IMG/VR virus record: IMGVR_UViG_3300033177_000258
Strand: one strand, 5' to 3'
DNA from: a virus
Taxonomy: Duplodnaviria > Caudoviricetes
Length of the DNA: 64,000 nt
The notes beneath the pieces were generated by a model. That model had not been told where the DNA came from. It made no database searches and saw nothing but the letters and a program-made list of their open reading frames with translations. Of the stretch, positions 54,967 through 63,548 are shown one piece after another. A program made the position numbers and the translations under genes. Within the stretch, counting starts at the first letter, position 1, and each line of letters starts with the position of its first letter.

Positions 54967-55641
54967 CTAATACGAGTAAGGGAGAAACGGCATATACACC
55001 CTCACGTTGACCCCGCGACTGCGACACAGCCCATCCATGTCATCAGTTCCGTACCGGACCTCGACCAGGAGCTTGAGTTCGGGCGGCACCGCGCTCTTGA
55101 GCCGGTAGCCCATGCTCTGCCGCTTGCCCTGGGTCTGGCGGTCATTGTACTCGAAATCCACGTACTCCTCAACGGTGAACGGGATGCCCGCCCGCGTCAG
55201 GGCGTCCTCTACGAAGCAGAGAGACTCCCTGGCGTACTTGCGGGATTGGGTCTGGGTGGAGTAGTTCGACTGTGTGCTGGAGTCGGTCACGTACTCGGCG
55301 TCGGGGTCCAGTTGCAGGTCCCACTTGCCAGCGTAGAACGCATTGGCGAGCGCTTTCTTGCGCCGCTCGATGATGGCGAGCATGCGGTCGCTGGTGCGAT
55401 AGAGCCTGTCCACACGGTCCCAAAGCGGAAGTCGAATCTCAATGGCCGACTGGATGCTGATGCGGTGCCGCCACTCTTCGTCTTGGCGGAGCCGAGCGCC
55501 CTTCTTGCGAGCCCGGTACGCGACCTCGTTCTCCATCGCGCGGGCGTCCTGTTCACACTGGTTGCAGATGTCGCTGCGCAGGCGCCGGACTAGCTTCTCA
55601 CGCCGGCAGAGTGCGAGGTATTGCTCTTGTGGTGTCATTAT
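54967..55641 (-). CDS. Hypothetical protein
   Basis: RBS GGAGG before MTPQEQ. Confidence 0.55.
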   Translation of the reverse strand: MMTPQEQYLALCRREKLVRRLRSDICNQCEQDARAMENEVAYRARKKGARLRQDEEWRHRISIQSAIEIRLPLWDRVDRLYRTSDRMLAIIERRKKALANAFYAGKWDLQLDPDAEYVTDSSTQSNYSTQTQSRKYARESLCFVEDALTRAGIPFTVEEYVDFEYNDRQTQGKRQSMGYRLKSAVPPELKLLVEVRYGTDDMDGLCRSRGVNVRVYMPFLPYSY

Positions 55642-55765
55642 GCCTCCCATAGCAGAACTCTGTTTGGTTTTGCGCACTCGCCTTTGTTCGGCAGCATCGA
55701 TTCCCAATTTTTTCTCGGGCGTTTTTTCGATTTACCGAATGGTGAGCGGGGACTGGCCTACATCT

Positions 55766-56605
55766 CTATGCGCACGATTGCGGGACTTCATAGTAGAATG
55801 GACCGCCTTCGCTCACCAGCGGCATGAGCCATTCATAGAAGTCAATGTCGCCGCAGAAGTTGAGCAGGAGGCGGTCGAAGCTCTGGCGGGCGTTCAGCGA
55901 GTCGCCCGGTCGCGCCTCGACGCTGCCGCGTATCATCACGCAGGTCAGTTGCCCGGCGCGGCGGTTGGCCTCGTCAATCCACTGCTGGACCTTGGCGGGG
56001 GTACAGCGCCCGCTGCGGGGCCAGTCGCGGCCGGTCAGGCAGGACTTGAGCCTGTCGAGAGCCGTAGCTTCCCGCGCCGGGCTCAGGTTGCGACACCAGT
56101 CCCACTCGCTCGTCTGGAAGACCTTCTCGGCGTGGTGCCCGCCGCCCTTGTTGAACCGCTCGGGCACCTGCACGTAAAGCTCTGGGTACTCGCAGCGGAC
56201 CTCCAACGGCAGCGCCAGGTTGATTGGGTCGTCTGCGCGCTGCTGCAGTATCTGGTCGTGTGCGGCCCGCACGATGGCTTCGTGCTGAATGTAGAGCATG
56301 GACTTGAGCCCTTCATCCAACTGCCAGAAGGTGCGGAAGTCGTAGTTGCCCTTGAAGAGTTCGGTCTCGGCTCCGTCGCGGTTCAGGTCCTGGGCGATGA
56401 CCTTGGCGCGGGTCGGGGTGGTGCGCACCACGGTGAAGCACTCATAGTTGTTGGTGCCGCGCAGGTACACGTAGGTCTCGCCTTCCTGCAGTTCAGCCCA
56501 CGGCACGGTCGGCATGCTCTGCAGCCACTCCTGCATGGCCTGCACCATCTGGCGCGAAGTCATCAGGTGGAAGCCCTTCTCGAAAGCAATCTGTGGGACG
56601 CTCAT
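55766..56605 (-). CDS. Hypothetical protein
   Basis: RBS GGAGG; C-terminus reads into the next repeat element. Confidence 0.6.
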   Translation of the reverse strand: MSVPQIAFEKGFHLMTSRQMVQAMQEWLQSMPTVPWAELQEGETYVYLRGTNNYECFTVVRTTPTRAKVIAQDLNRDGAETELFKGNYDFRTFWQLDEGLKSMLYIQHEAIVRAAHDQILQQRADDPINLALPLEVRCEYPELYVQVPERFNKGGGHHAEKVFQTSEWDWCRNLSPAREATALDRLKSCLTGRDWPRSGRCTPAKVQQWIDEANRRAGQLTCVMIRGSVEARPGDSLNARQSFDRLLLNFCGDIDFYEWLMPLVSEGGPFYYEVPQSCA

Positions 56606-56704
56606 GGTATCCTCCAGTGATAGGCGTTACACCTCTGCGCGCACGATTGCGCGACCCGATGCTCGCAGGACTCGGGGTCGCAGATGTGGGTGACTCTCTG
56701 GTGC

Positions 56705-56935
56705 TCACAAGACTCGGGGGCAGACCAGTTCGCCCTGCTCGTCGTCTTCCTCGGAGGGGCAGCACTCATAGGCGCTGTCCTCACTGTCGTACTCGCGGTT
56801 GCAGGCCAGACAGACGTAGACCTGGAAGGTGTGCACCTCGGTGGAGTTGCAGACCAAGCAGCGGCAGTTGTCCCCGTAGCGGTTGCAGCGGCACTTGCGG
56901 CAGTGGGTCACGTTGCGAGGTTCTACATCGGCCAT
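56705..56935 (-). CDS. Small Cys-rich protein
   Basis: RBS AGGAGG; many Cys pairs. Confidence 0.5.
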   Translation of the reverse strand: MADVEPRNVTHCRKCRCNRYGDNCRCLVCNSTEVHTFQVYVCLACNREYDSEDSAYECCPSEEDDEQGELVCPRVL

Positions 56936-56955
56936 GATGGCCTCCTGAAGATGAT

Positions 56956-57052
56956 TGGTGGGGAGACACCAGGACTCGAACCTGGAACCGAGAGCCAGGA
57001 CGGCCGCAGCCGGTGCCTGTGCTCTTTGCTCGTCCAGCCGCTCTGTCTCCCC
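56956..57052 (-). ncRNA. tRNA-like RNA (acceptor stem, T arm and CCA; no canonical D or anticodon arms)
   Basis: GGGGAGACA...CCAGG-TTCGAGT-CCTGG-TGTCTCCCC-A-CCA. Confidence 0.6.
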
Positions 57053-57203
57053 ATACTACTGCGGGTTGCCGGGCCGAGACCTACAGCATCGGGAGCAGTC
57101 TCGGGGGTATACAAATGTAACGAGGCACCACCCCCGCCCGATTTACCACTGCTTGCGCAGCTTCCCGGCAACCTACATCTATGGGCGCACGATTGCGGCC
57201 GTG

Positions 57204-58223
57204 CTACTCCTCTTCGTACTTGAGTTTGAGCTTGCTCACGGCCTTACCCACGGCCTTGAGCAACACCTGCATAGCCGCCTCATCGAGGCTATAGGCGTGC
57301 AGTTCCAGCGATACGCGACCGGGGCTGCAGGTCAGGTCACCGTGCACACTGGCGTTGGAGGCGACGTTCTCATAGAAGTCCACCTTGCGCGTCTCGCATT
57401 CATTGTTGTCGCTGAGTGTATACTCACGCAGGACGACCGGAGCCATGGCCTTGCGGGCCTTCTCGACGGTGGCGTCGGCCTCGGCAACGGCCTTGTGGTG
57501 GCGCGCCATTTCCGCGTCGGCCTTCTCCATGGCGGCGATATAGCCGGGCAGTACGCGCCGGGTGATTTCGCCGGCGATGGCCTTGGCTCCCCGGTTCGCG
57601 GCCACGGTGATGCTCGGGTTGTTGTCATAGGCATAGAAGCCGGTGTCGTGCTTGTCATGCTCCCGGAGCCCCTCGATGTGGAGGCGCTGGACCGGGTTGT
57701 AGGTGGTCTTGAGGGTGCGGAAGTCGTAATTGATGGTGAACGGGGTCCAACCTACGCGCAGGTTACCCTTCTGGACAAACGCCTTCACGCGCAGTTCATC
57801 CGGCCCGCCGTACTCGACGCCTCCGGCCCAGCCGGGCTCCATGAAGCCGGCGACCTCGACGGCGAACGCCAGCGCCGGGGCCGAGACGGCCTCGACTTGG
57901 GCGAGGTCAGCCTCACGGGCCTGCTCCAGAGCGGGCAGCGTCTCCTTGATGACGGCGATGAAGTCTTCGAGGGTCTCGTCGCCCTCGGTATTGAAGTCAA
58001 TGCGGGTGGTCTGGTTGGCCAGACGGGTCCGGTGCTTGAGGCTGAAAGTCGCCGTCTTGTGGTACTCAGGATACTCCCCGAAGGCGCGGGCGTCAACATG
58101 GTACGTCTCGCCATGCGGCCCCGTCATGTATCCGTCTTCACGGCTGTCGTCATACGGCTGCGCGGTCCAGCCCTCGCCGAGGGCCTCCGCGATTGTCTGC
58201 AAGATGTTGGGTCGGTCGTTCAC
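57204..58223 (-). CDS. Hypothetical protein
   Basis: 339-aa ORF flanked by repeat elements. Confidence 0.65.
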   Translation of the reverse strand: MNDRPNILQTIAEALGEGWTAQPYDDSREDGYMTGPHGETYHVDARAFGEYPEYHKTATFSLKHRTRLANQTTRIDFNTEGDETLEDFIAVIKETLPALEQAREADLAQVEAVSAPALAFAVEVAGFMEPGWAGGVEYGGPDELRVKAFVQKGNLRVGWTPFTINYDFRTLKTTYNPVQRLHIEGLREHDKHDTGFYAYDNNPSITVAANRGAKAIAGEITRRVLPGYIAAMEKADAEMARHHKAVAEADATVEKARKAMAPVVLREYTLSDNNECETRKVDFYENVASNASVHGDLTCSPGRVSLELHAYSLDEAAMQVLLKAVGKAVSKLKLKYEEE

Positions 58224-58280
58224 GGGTTCAACCTCACTGCTTGTGATGGGTGCTTACACTACCAGGCGCACGATTGCGGG

Positions 58281-58625
58281 CTATGCACCGGGGTAGCTCC
58301 ACGGTTTGGACGCGGAGCCGGGCAGTTGCCGGCGGCGCCGGCGGTCATAGAAGTCGCTCCCGTTGCGGGGCAGGCAGCGTTGCAGGAAGTGTAGCGCCTC
58401 GCTCTTGGTGCGCGCCACCACGATGACCTGCTTGCGGTCTCGGGCAGCACTGCGCACTGTCTCCTGAACCTCAGCGAGCCGCGTATCCTTGTCTATGGTG
58501 ACGCAGGGGGCGGCGGGGTCGCGCTCCAGCTTGCCCAGGTAGCGCAGTTCGCCCTCATTGGTGGCCGAAGAAGTGTACAGGTCGGGCTGGAAGAGAAAGC
58601 GAAAAGTGAACGGCGGGTTGTTCAT
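58281..58625 (-). CDS. Hypothetical protein
   Basis: Translationally coupled ORF. Confidence 0.55.
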   Translation of the reverse strand: MNNPPFTFRFLFQPDLYTSSATNEGELRYLGKLERDPAAPCVTIDKDTRLAEVQETVRSAARDRKQVIVVARTKSEALHFLQRCLPRNGSDFYDRRRRRQLPGSASKPWSYPGA

Positions 58626-59245
58626 GATGGCTCCTCGGGGAACTTGATGTCGAGCCCGTGCGGCGAGTGCTTGCCCCGCTCGCTATCGGCCTCCACCAGA
58701 CGCCGGGCATCATCGTTGTAGCCCTGGTCCACAGCCACGGAGCCCTCGCAGTTGAACAGGCGCAGGCGCAGCCCGTGCTTGTTCTCAAGCGTCTCTTCGT
58801 CGGGGTAGGCTTCCTGCTCGATGAAGAGTTCGCCACGCGAGTAGGTGAGCACGATTGCGATGGGGCCGGGGTACTCGGTGTTCTGCTCGCCGCTCAGGAC
58901 GATGCGGGTCTGGGTGTCCCCCTTGCCCAAAGGCCGGAGCCACACAGGTATGTTCCGCTGGGGATGCTCGCGGCCCGCCAGCATCGCCTGCCGGTCGGCG
59001 TCCGCGTCTTCGGCGGTGGCATAGGTGCGGGCCAGGTGCGTGCCTCCGGCCAGAGCCGCCGTCAGAGCCGCCACGGGCAACTCGCCTTCGCCCCAGCCGC
59101 CGCCGGCGCGATAGACACGCCAGACCCACGGGGGATTGGGGCTCACGAGGTGGGCGAGCGCGCAACGCCCGCCGCTGTAGGGCACGTTGACGACCACGAT
59201 GATGTCGCCCGGCTTGTTCACGTCAGACGGTAGCAGGTCACTCAT
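58622..59245 (-). CDS. Hypothetical protein
   Basis: RBS GGAGG. Confidence 0.55.
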   Translation of the reverse strand: MSDLLPSDVNKPGDIIVVVNVPYSGGRCALAHLVSPNPPWVWRVYRAGGGWGEGELPVAALTAALAGGTHLARTYATAEDADADRQAMLAGREHPQRNIPVWLRPLGKGDTQTRIVLSGEQNTEYPGPIAIVLTYSRGELFIEQEAYPDEETLENKHGLRLRLFNCEGSVAVDQGYNDDARRLVEADSERGKHSPHGLDIKFPEEPS

Positions 59246-59247
59246 GG

Positions 59248-59700
59248 TTAGCCTCCATCCAACCAGTCGGTGATAGCCTCGGAGCAGGCGCTCTGGAACG
59301 CAGCCCAGGCAGCCTCTTCGTCTTCGCCACGCCTCACGGCCTGGCGATAGTGCAGGCAGGCATCGTCCACCCTTTCCACGATGGCATCGCGCTCCAACCC
59401 GAGCTTGCCCCGCGCCTTCTCATGCGCGGCCTGCTCAGCATCCCGGTACTTCTGCCCCAGGACCTTGTTGTCGGCTGTTACAGCGGGCCCCAGCGCCATA
59501 AGGCGGTGCATGGTTGCGGTGTCGCAGCGCACCTCGTTGATGAGGAGCGCGCCCATATCCCGCGTGTAGCGGTACGCGTCGCGCAGCGCCCGGCGCTCGT
59601 GCTCCTGGCTCACGCGGTAGCTCTCCATCGAGACCGTGCGGTCCTTGTGGACGACGGTCTGCACTGTGTAGTACAGTCGCTTGCCTCGCACGTCAATCAC
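59248..59700 (-). CDS. Hypothetical protein
   Basis: Headed by the repeat element. Confidence 0.55.
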   Translation of the reverse strand: MIDVRGKRLYYTVQTVVHKDRTVSMESYRVSQEHERRALRDAYRYTRDMGALLINEVRCDTATMHRLMALGPAVTADNKVLGQKYRDAEQAAHEKARGKLGLERDAIVERVDDACLHYRQAVRRGEDEEAAWAAFQSACSEAITDWLDGG

Positions 59701-59759
59701 CTCGGCTTCGTCGGTAGTGGCAGCTTACACCTTTGGGCGCACGATTGCGGCCGGCACCC

Positions 59760-59987
59760 TCAGCGCCCGCAGGGAATGAGTTGCTTCAGAGGGATGCTGA
59801 CGCAGACGACGCCCGTCTTGTCGCTGAGCATCAGGTCCAGCGCCACAGGCTTCGCCTCACCCAAGGTCTCAAGGTCAGCGGTCACGTCACCGCGCTCGTT
59901 CAGGGCGTCGCGGATGATGCGCGCCAGCGTCAGCGCCACGGTCTCGTCATCCATCGCGGGCCATCGCGGCGATGTAGCCATACCCAC
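59760..59987 (-). CDS. Hypothetical protein; start uncertain
   Basis: Short ORF. Confidence 0.4.
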   Translation of the reverse strand: MGMATSPRWPAMDDETVALTLARIIRDALNERGDVTADLETLGEAKPVALDLMLSDKTGVVCVSIPLKQLIPCGR

Positions 59988-60334
59988 GCTTGCGGTCTTC
60001 CGGTGTCAATGCCACTGGTTCATCACTCCTTGGTAGAAACGCAGAACGCCCCACAACGAGACCGGCTGTGTGGGGGAAGCCCCTCCGAACAGTGTCCCCA
60101 TGCTCGGGCCGGCTCATATCACAGCAGGTCTCGGTTGCGGGCGCTGCGCGCCCTTCTGCCTGCCTCCCTGCGGGAGCCACGATGTGGGGCGTTCATCATC
60201 AGCTTACATCATTGGGCGCACGATTGCGGGCGCTGCGCGCCCTTCTGCCTGCCTCCCTGCGGGAGCCACGATTGCGGTCAGGCCATCGCGTCAAGCCGGT
60301 GCAGGGAGTCCGTCGCCCCGCCAGTGCAGACGGG

Positions 60335-60496
60335 TTAGTCTTCACCTTCCACCAGCACGACCTGCCCGTTGTGGTTGTCGGTCCACGCCTTGCCCACCAG
60401 CGAGCCATCGGCCCGCCGCACCTCCACGGCGCTCTCCCCGGCCTTCAGAGCCGCCTGCGCGGTTTCACGTGAAACGCAGTACAGGGTGCCCTTCAT
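60335..60496 (-). CDS. Small hypothetical protein
   Basis: RBS AAGGAG before MKGTLY. Confidence 0.5.
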   Translation of the reverse strand: MKGTLYCVSRETAQAALKAGESAVEVRRADGSLVGKAWTDNHNGQVVLVEGED

Positions 60497-60957
60497 ACGC
60501 TCTGCTCCTTCTTGGTCCACGGATAGGGGTAGCCCCCGAGCAGGCCGTCCACGTACTCCTTGAGGCTCAGCCGGTGGCACTCGTTGCCGATGATGAGGGT
60601 CTCCTTGGTGAAGCAGGCGGGCAGCTTGGGCAGGAACTTGAGCCGGGTGTGCTTGTTGGGCTTGCTGGTGCTCTCCAGACAGCCTACCACTTCCCAGGTC
60701 AGCCTGTCCACGTTGGCCCGCAGGTACACGGTGTAGGACTTGAAGCGCCGGGGGTGGTTCAACTTGCCCCAGACGCCCTCGGTGTCGCCTCCGCTCAGGT
60801 GGAACACGTGAGTCGGCGGCTTAGCATCACCCGCAGCACAGAGCCCGGCGATGTCCTCGGGGTCCAGGTAGGCCCCCACAAAGTGCGAGCCGCTCAGCCG
60901 CCCCCGCGTCATCTCGCAGCGCAGTTGCCGCTCATGTTGCCAGACAATCTCTTGCAT
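60493..60957 (-). CDS. Hypothetical protein
   Basis: RBS GGAGG; headed by the repeat element. Confidence 0.6.
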   Translation of the reverse strand: MQEIVWQHERQLRCEMTRGRLSGSHFVGAYLDPEDIAGLCAAGDAKPPTHVFHLSGGDTEGVWGKLNHPRRFKSYTVYLRANVDRLTWEVVGCLESTSKPNKHTRLKFLPKLPACFTKETLIIGNECHRLSLKEYVDGLLGGYPYPWTKKEQSV

Positions 60958-60987
60958 CAGGTTGACCTCCCGGTCGGTAGTCTATAC

Positions 60988-61992
60988 TCAGGTGCGCACG
61001 ATTGCGGGCGCTGCGCGCCCTTCTGCCTGCCTCCCTGCGGGAGCCACGATTGCGGGCGCTGCGCGCCCTTCTGCCTGCCTCCCTGCGGGAGCCACGATTG
61101 CGGGCGCTGCGCGCCCTTCTGCCTGCCTCCCTGCGGGAGCCACGATTGCGCCCATCTTCCGGCGTTCGATGAGGCCTCCGAGGCGGCTGAACTGCAGGTC
61201 GCGCACGGTCGGCACGGGTACCTCGTTCAGCAGCGCCGTCTTGAGCCAGTCAATCACCTTGTCAGGGACCTTCAGGCGTCCAAACCCGGCCCGCGCGTAC
61301 CACGTCCGCTTGAACTTGCCCTCCACCGGGAAAGGCCCGGTGTCCCCGTTGTAGCTGTAGCCGTGCCCGATGACGACCTGCGCCCCCTCGCCGAGCTTGG
61401 GCCGCATCACCAGCGCCGCCGCCATCCCCAGGAACTCCCGCTCGCCGTCAGGGTCCAGCGCCACGAGGTCGGTTGCCAGCCCGAGCGCCAGAGCCTCATT
61501 CGGTGTCAGCGCCACGTCCAGCACGGCCTTGACGGTCTTCACCGGGTAGCCCACGCTCGTATGCGGAGCCGCCCCCACGCAGTCGGTCCACTCGCCGGCC
61601 GGGAAGGTCCCGCCCGAGACGTTCAACTGCAGCGTCACTCCGTTGACCATCACCTTGGGGTAGCTCGCGCCCCACTCGGGCACCACGGTCACGTCTTCCT
61701 TGCGCACGATGCAGTACAGGTCAATGCCCGGCTTAGCGGTCCAGAACTTCGACCCGTTCTGCCGGTAGTGCTTGTACTCATGGACGCGGCAGACCCGCGC
61801 CAGGAGCCGGGGGTGCTCCAGCTTGCTCAGCGCCGTGCCATAGGACGCCCCCATGACCAGCATCAGGTAGGGAGCCCCGTTGAACGTCACGTGGTACGCC
61901 CCCCGCTCGCCCGGCAGCGAGGTGAACGTCACCTTCTCGGTATCGGCATCGAGCCGCACGGGCTCATTCTCCACGATGATATGCTTAGCCAC
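60988..61992 (-). CDS. Hypothetical protein whose C-terminus reads through three 48-bp repeats
   Basis: GTG start after GGAGG, downstream of the repeat element at 62031; part of ORF 60988..62607. Confidence 0.6.
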   Translation of the reverse strand: MAKHIIVENEPVRLDADTEKVTFTSLPGERGAYHVTFNGAPYLMLVMGASYGTALSKLEHPRLLARVCRVHEYKHYRQNGSKFWTAKPGIDLYCIVRKEDVTVVPEWGASYPKVMVNGVTLQLNVSGGTFPAGEWTDCVGAAPHTSVGYPVKTVKAVLDVALTPNEALALGLATDLVALDPDGEREFLGMAAALVMRPKLGEGAQVVIGHGYSYNGDTGPFPVEGKFKRTWYARAGFGRLKVPDKVIDWLKTALLNEVPVPTVRDLQFSRLGGLIERRKMGAIVAPAGRQAEGRAAPAIVAPAGRQAEGRAAPAIVAPAGRQAEGRAAPAIVRT

Positions 61993-62092
61993 GGTAGGGA
62001 ACCTCCGGTGTGTAGTGGTTACACTACTGCGTGCACGATTGCGGGCGCTGCGCGCCCTTCTGCCTGCCTCCCTGCGGGAGCCACGATTGCGG

Positions 62093-62607
62093 CCACAGAC
62101 GGCTGCGCCGCCCATCGGGGTACACGAGGTACACCTGGTCTTGGATTCCGTTCTGGCCCCCGCCGGACGAGGACGGCTGCGTCCGCTCCAGATACCCCAG
62201 CCGCTCCTGCCCCGCCTAGCCTCAGCCTCCGAGGGATACGTGCCTTCCAGCGGATACGGGTGCCTGTCAAAGGTGTCGTACCCCTCCGGCCTCCACACTT
62301 CCGGCGCCACGGCGCACGATTGCGGCCGCGAAGGCTCCGCCCGCCGCACGTAGTCCCGCCGCATCAGCCACGCCGGGAACCCCCGGTTGGACGGCAGCTT
62401 CCGCCCATCCAGCCCGCTCAGGTCAAAGTCGGTCGGCGCCAGCGTCACCAGCGTCGGCGTCGGCTCCGGTGAACGCTTGCTCACGACACGCCCATCTACC
62501 ACCACCGTCTGGTAGGGATAGGCGAAGCACAGCTTGTAGCCCCTGCGGTCGCTCAGGTCCTTGTGGGCCGGGTCCTTGAGAATGACGTACTCAGCCGCTA
62601 CCCGCAC
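62093..62607 (-). CDS. Hypothetical protein, in frame with the downstream gene through a 48-bp repeat; end uncertain
   Basis: RBS GGAGG before MRVAAEY. Confidence 0.4.
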
Positions 62608-63302
62608 GACCTCCCCGGCGCGCCCCGTAAGCAGTCTTCAGCATCGCCCTATCCTTCCCAGAGGGATTCGCCGGGGGAGAAGAATCACCCCACCATCAGA
62701 ATCATCATCCTACAGCCCACTGCCTTCTCATACGGCTCCCCCGTATAGGTAGGCAGTATCATCACCCGGTCATCACCAGGTCATCACCATAGTGCTCACA
62801 CTGGTCAGAGAAAGCGTCAGGATGCTCAGCGTAGTACGCTTTGGTACAGCAGGCCACCTGTACCCAGATACGTTCCTGTGACGGGTCCGTGCTACCTGCC
62901 TCCCTGCGGGAGCCACGATTGCGGGCGCTGCGCGCCCTTCTGCCTGCCTCCCTGCGGGAGCCGATGGGGAACCGTCCGAACAACCGTTCAGACAACCGAA
63001 TCGGTGTACCGATACCCTACCCCCAACAACCGAATCGATTGCGGAGTGTCAGATTCCCGTTGACATATTTCTTGGTTTCGTACCCGGCCAGTGGTCGGGT
63101 AGCCGGCAGCGCGTATTCTACGTAGTAGAATAGGGGAGCAGGATTGCGGGTGGGAATGGGAAAAAAGGGGAGGTGGTGGGAGGGGAAAAGGAAAAAACGT
63201 TCTGCCAGAGGCACAAAACTCTCTGTTCGCCCCTGTTCACCAACGCTCGAACGCTCGAACGCTCGTCCATCCGCCCGAATCCACGCGCAATCCTCCCTTA
63301 GT

Positions 63303-63396
63303 CGGCCCATTCTTCTCTTCCCGGCCCATTCTTCTCTTCCCGGCCCATTCTTCTCTTCCCGGCCCATTCTTCTCTTCCCGGCCCATTCTTCTCTTC
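63303..63396. repeat. 19-bp tandem repeat x5
   Basis: CGGCCCATTCTTCTCTTCC. Confidence 0.95.
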
Positions 63397-63548
63397 AGCG
63401 TTCCATCGCGCCGTTCAGCGTTCCATCGCGCCGTTCAGCGTTCCATCGCGCCGTTCAGCGTTCCATCGCGCCGTTCAGCGTTCCATCGCGCCGTTCAGCG
63501 TTCCATCGCGCCGTTCAGCGTTCCATCGCGCCGTTCAGCGTTCCATCG
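63394..63548. repeat. 20-bp tandem repeat x7 plus partial copies
   Basis: TTCCATCGCGCCGTTCAGCG. Confidence 0.95.

Noticed and set aside
54954-54975. Guide of the 54475 cassette targeting the dispersed box
   Set aside because: Only GCAC is shared, which is chance level.
60070-62472. 800-aa + strand ORF and other long antisense ORFs (e.g. 899-1873, 27167-28597, 47142-48620, 56955-58394)
   Set aside because: Shadow frames of GC-rich genes on the opposite strand; no RBS or recognisable motifs.
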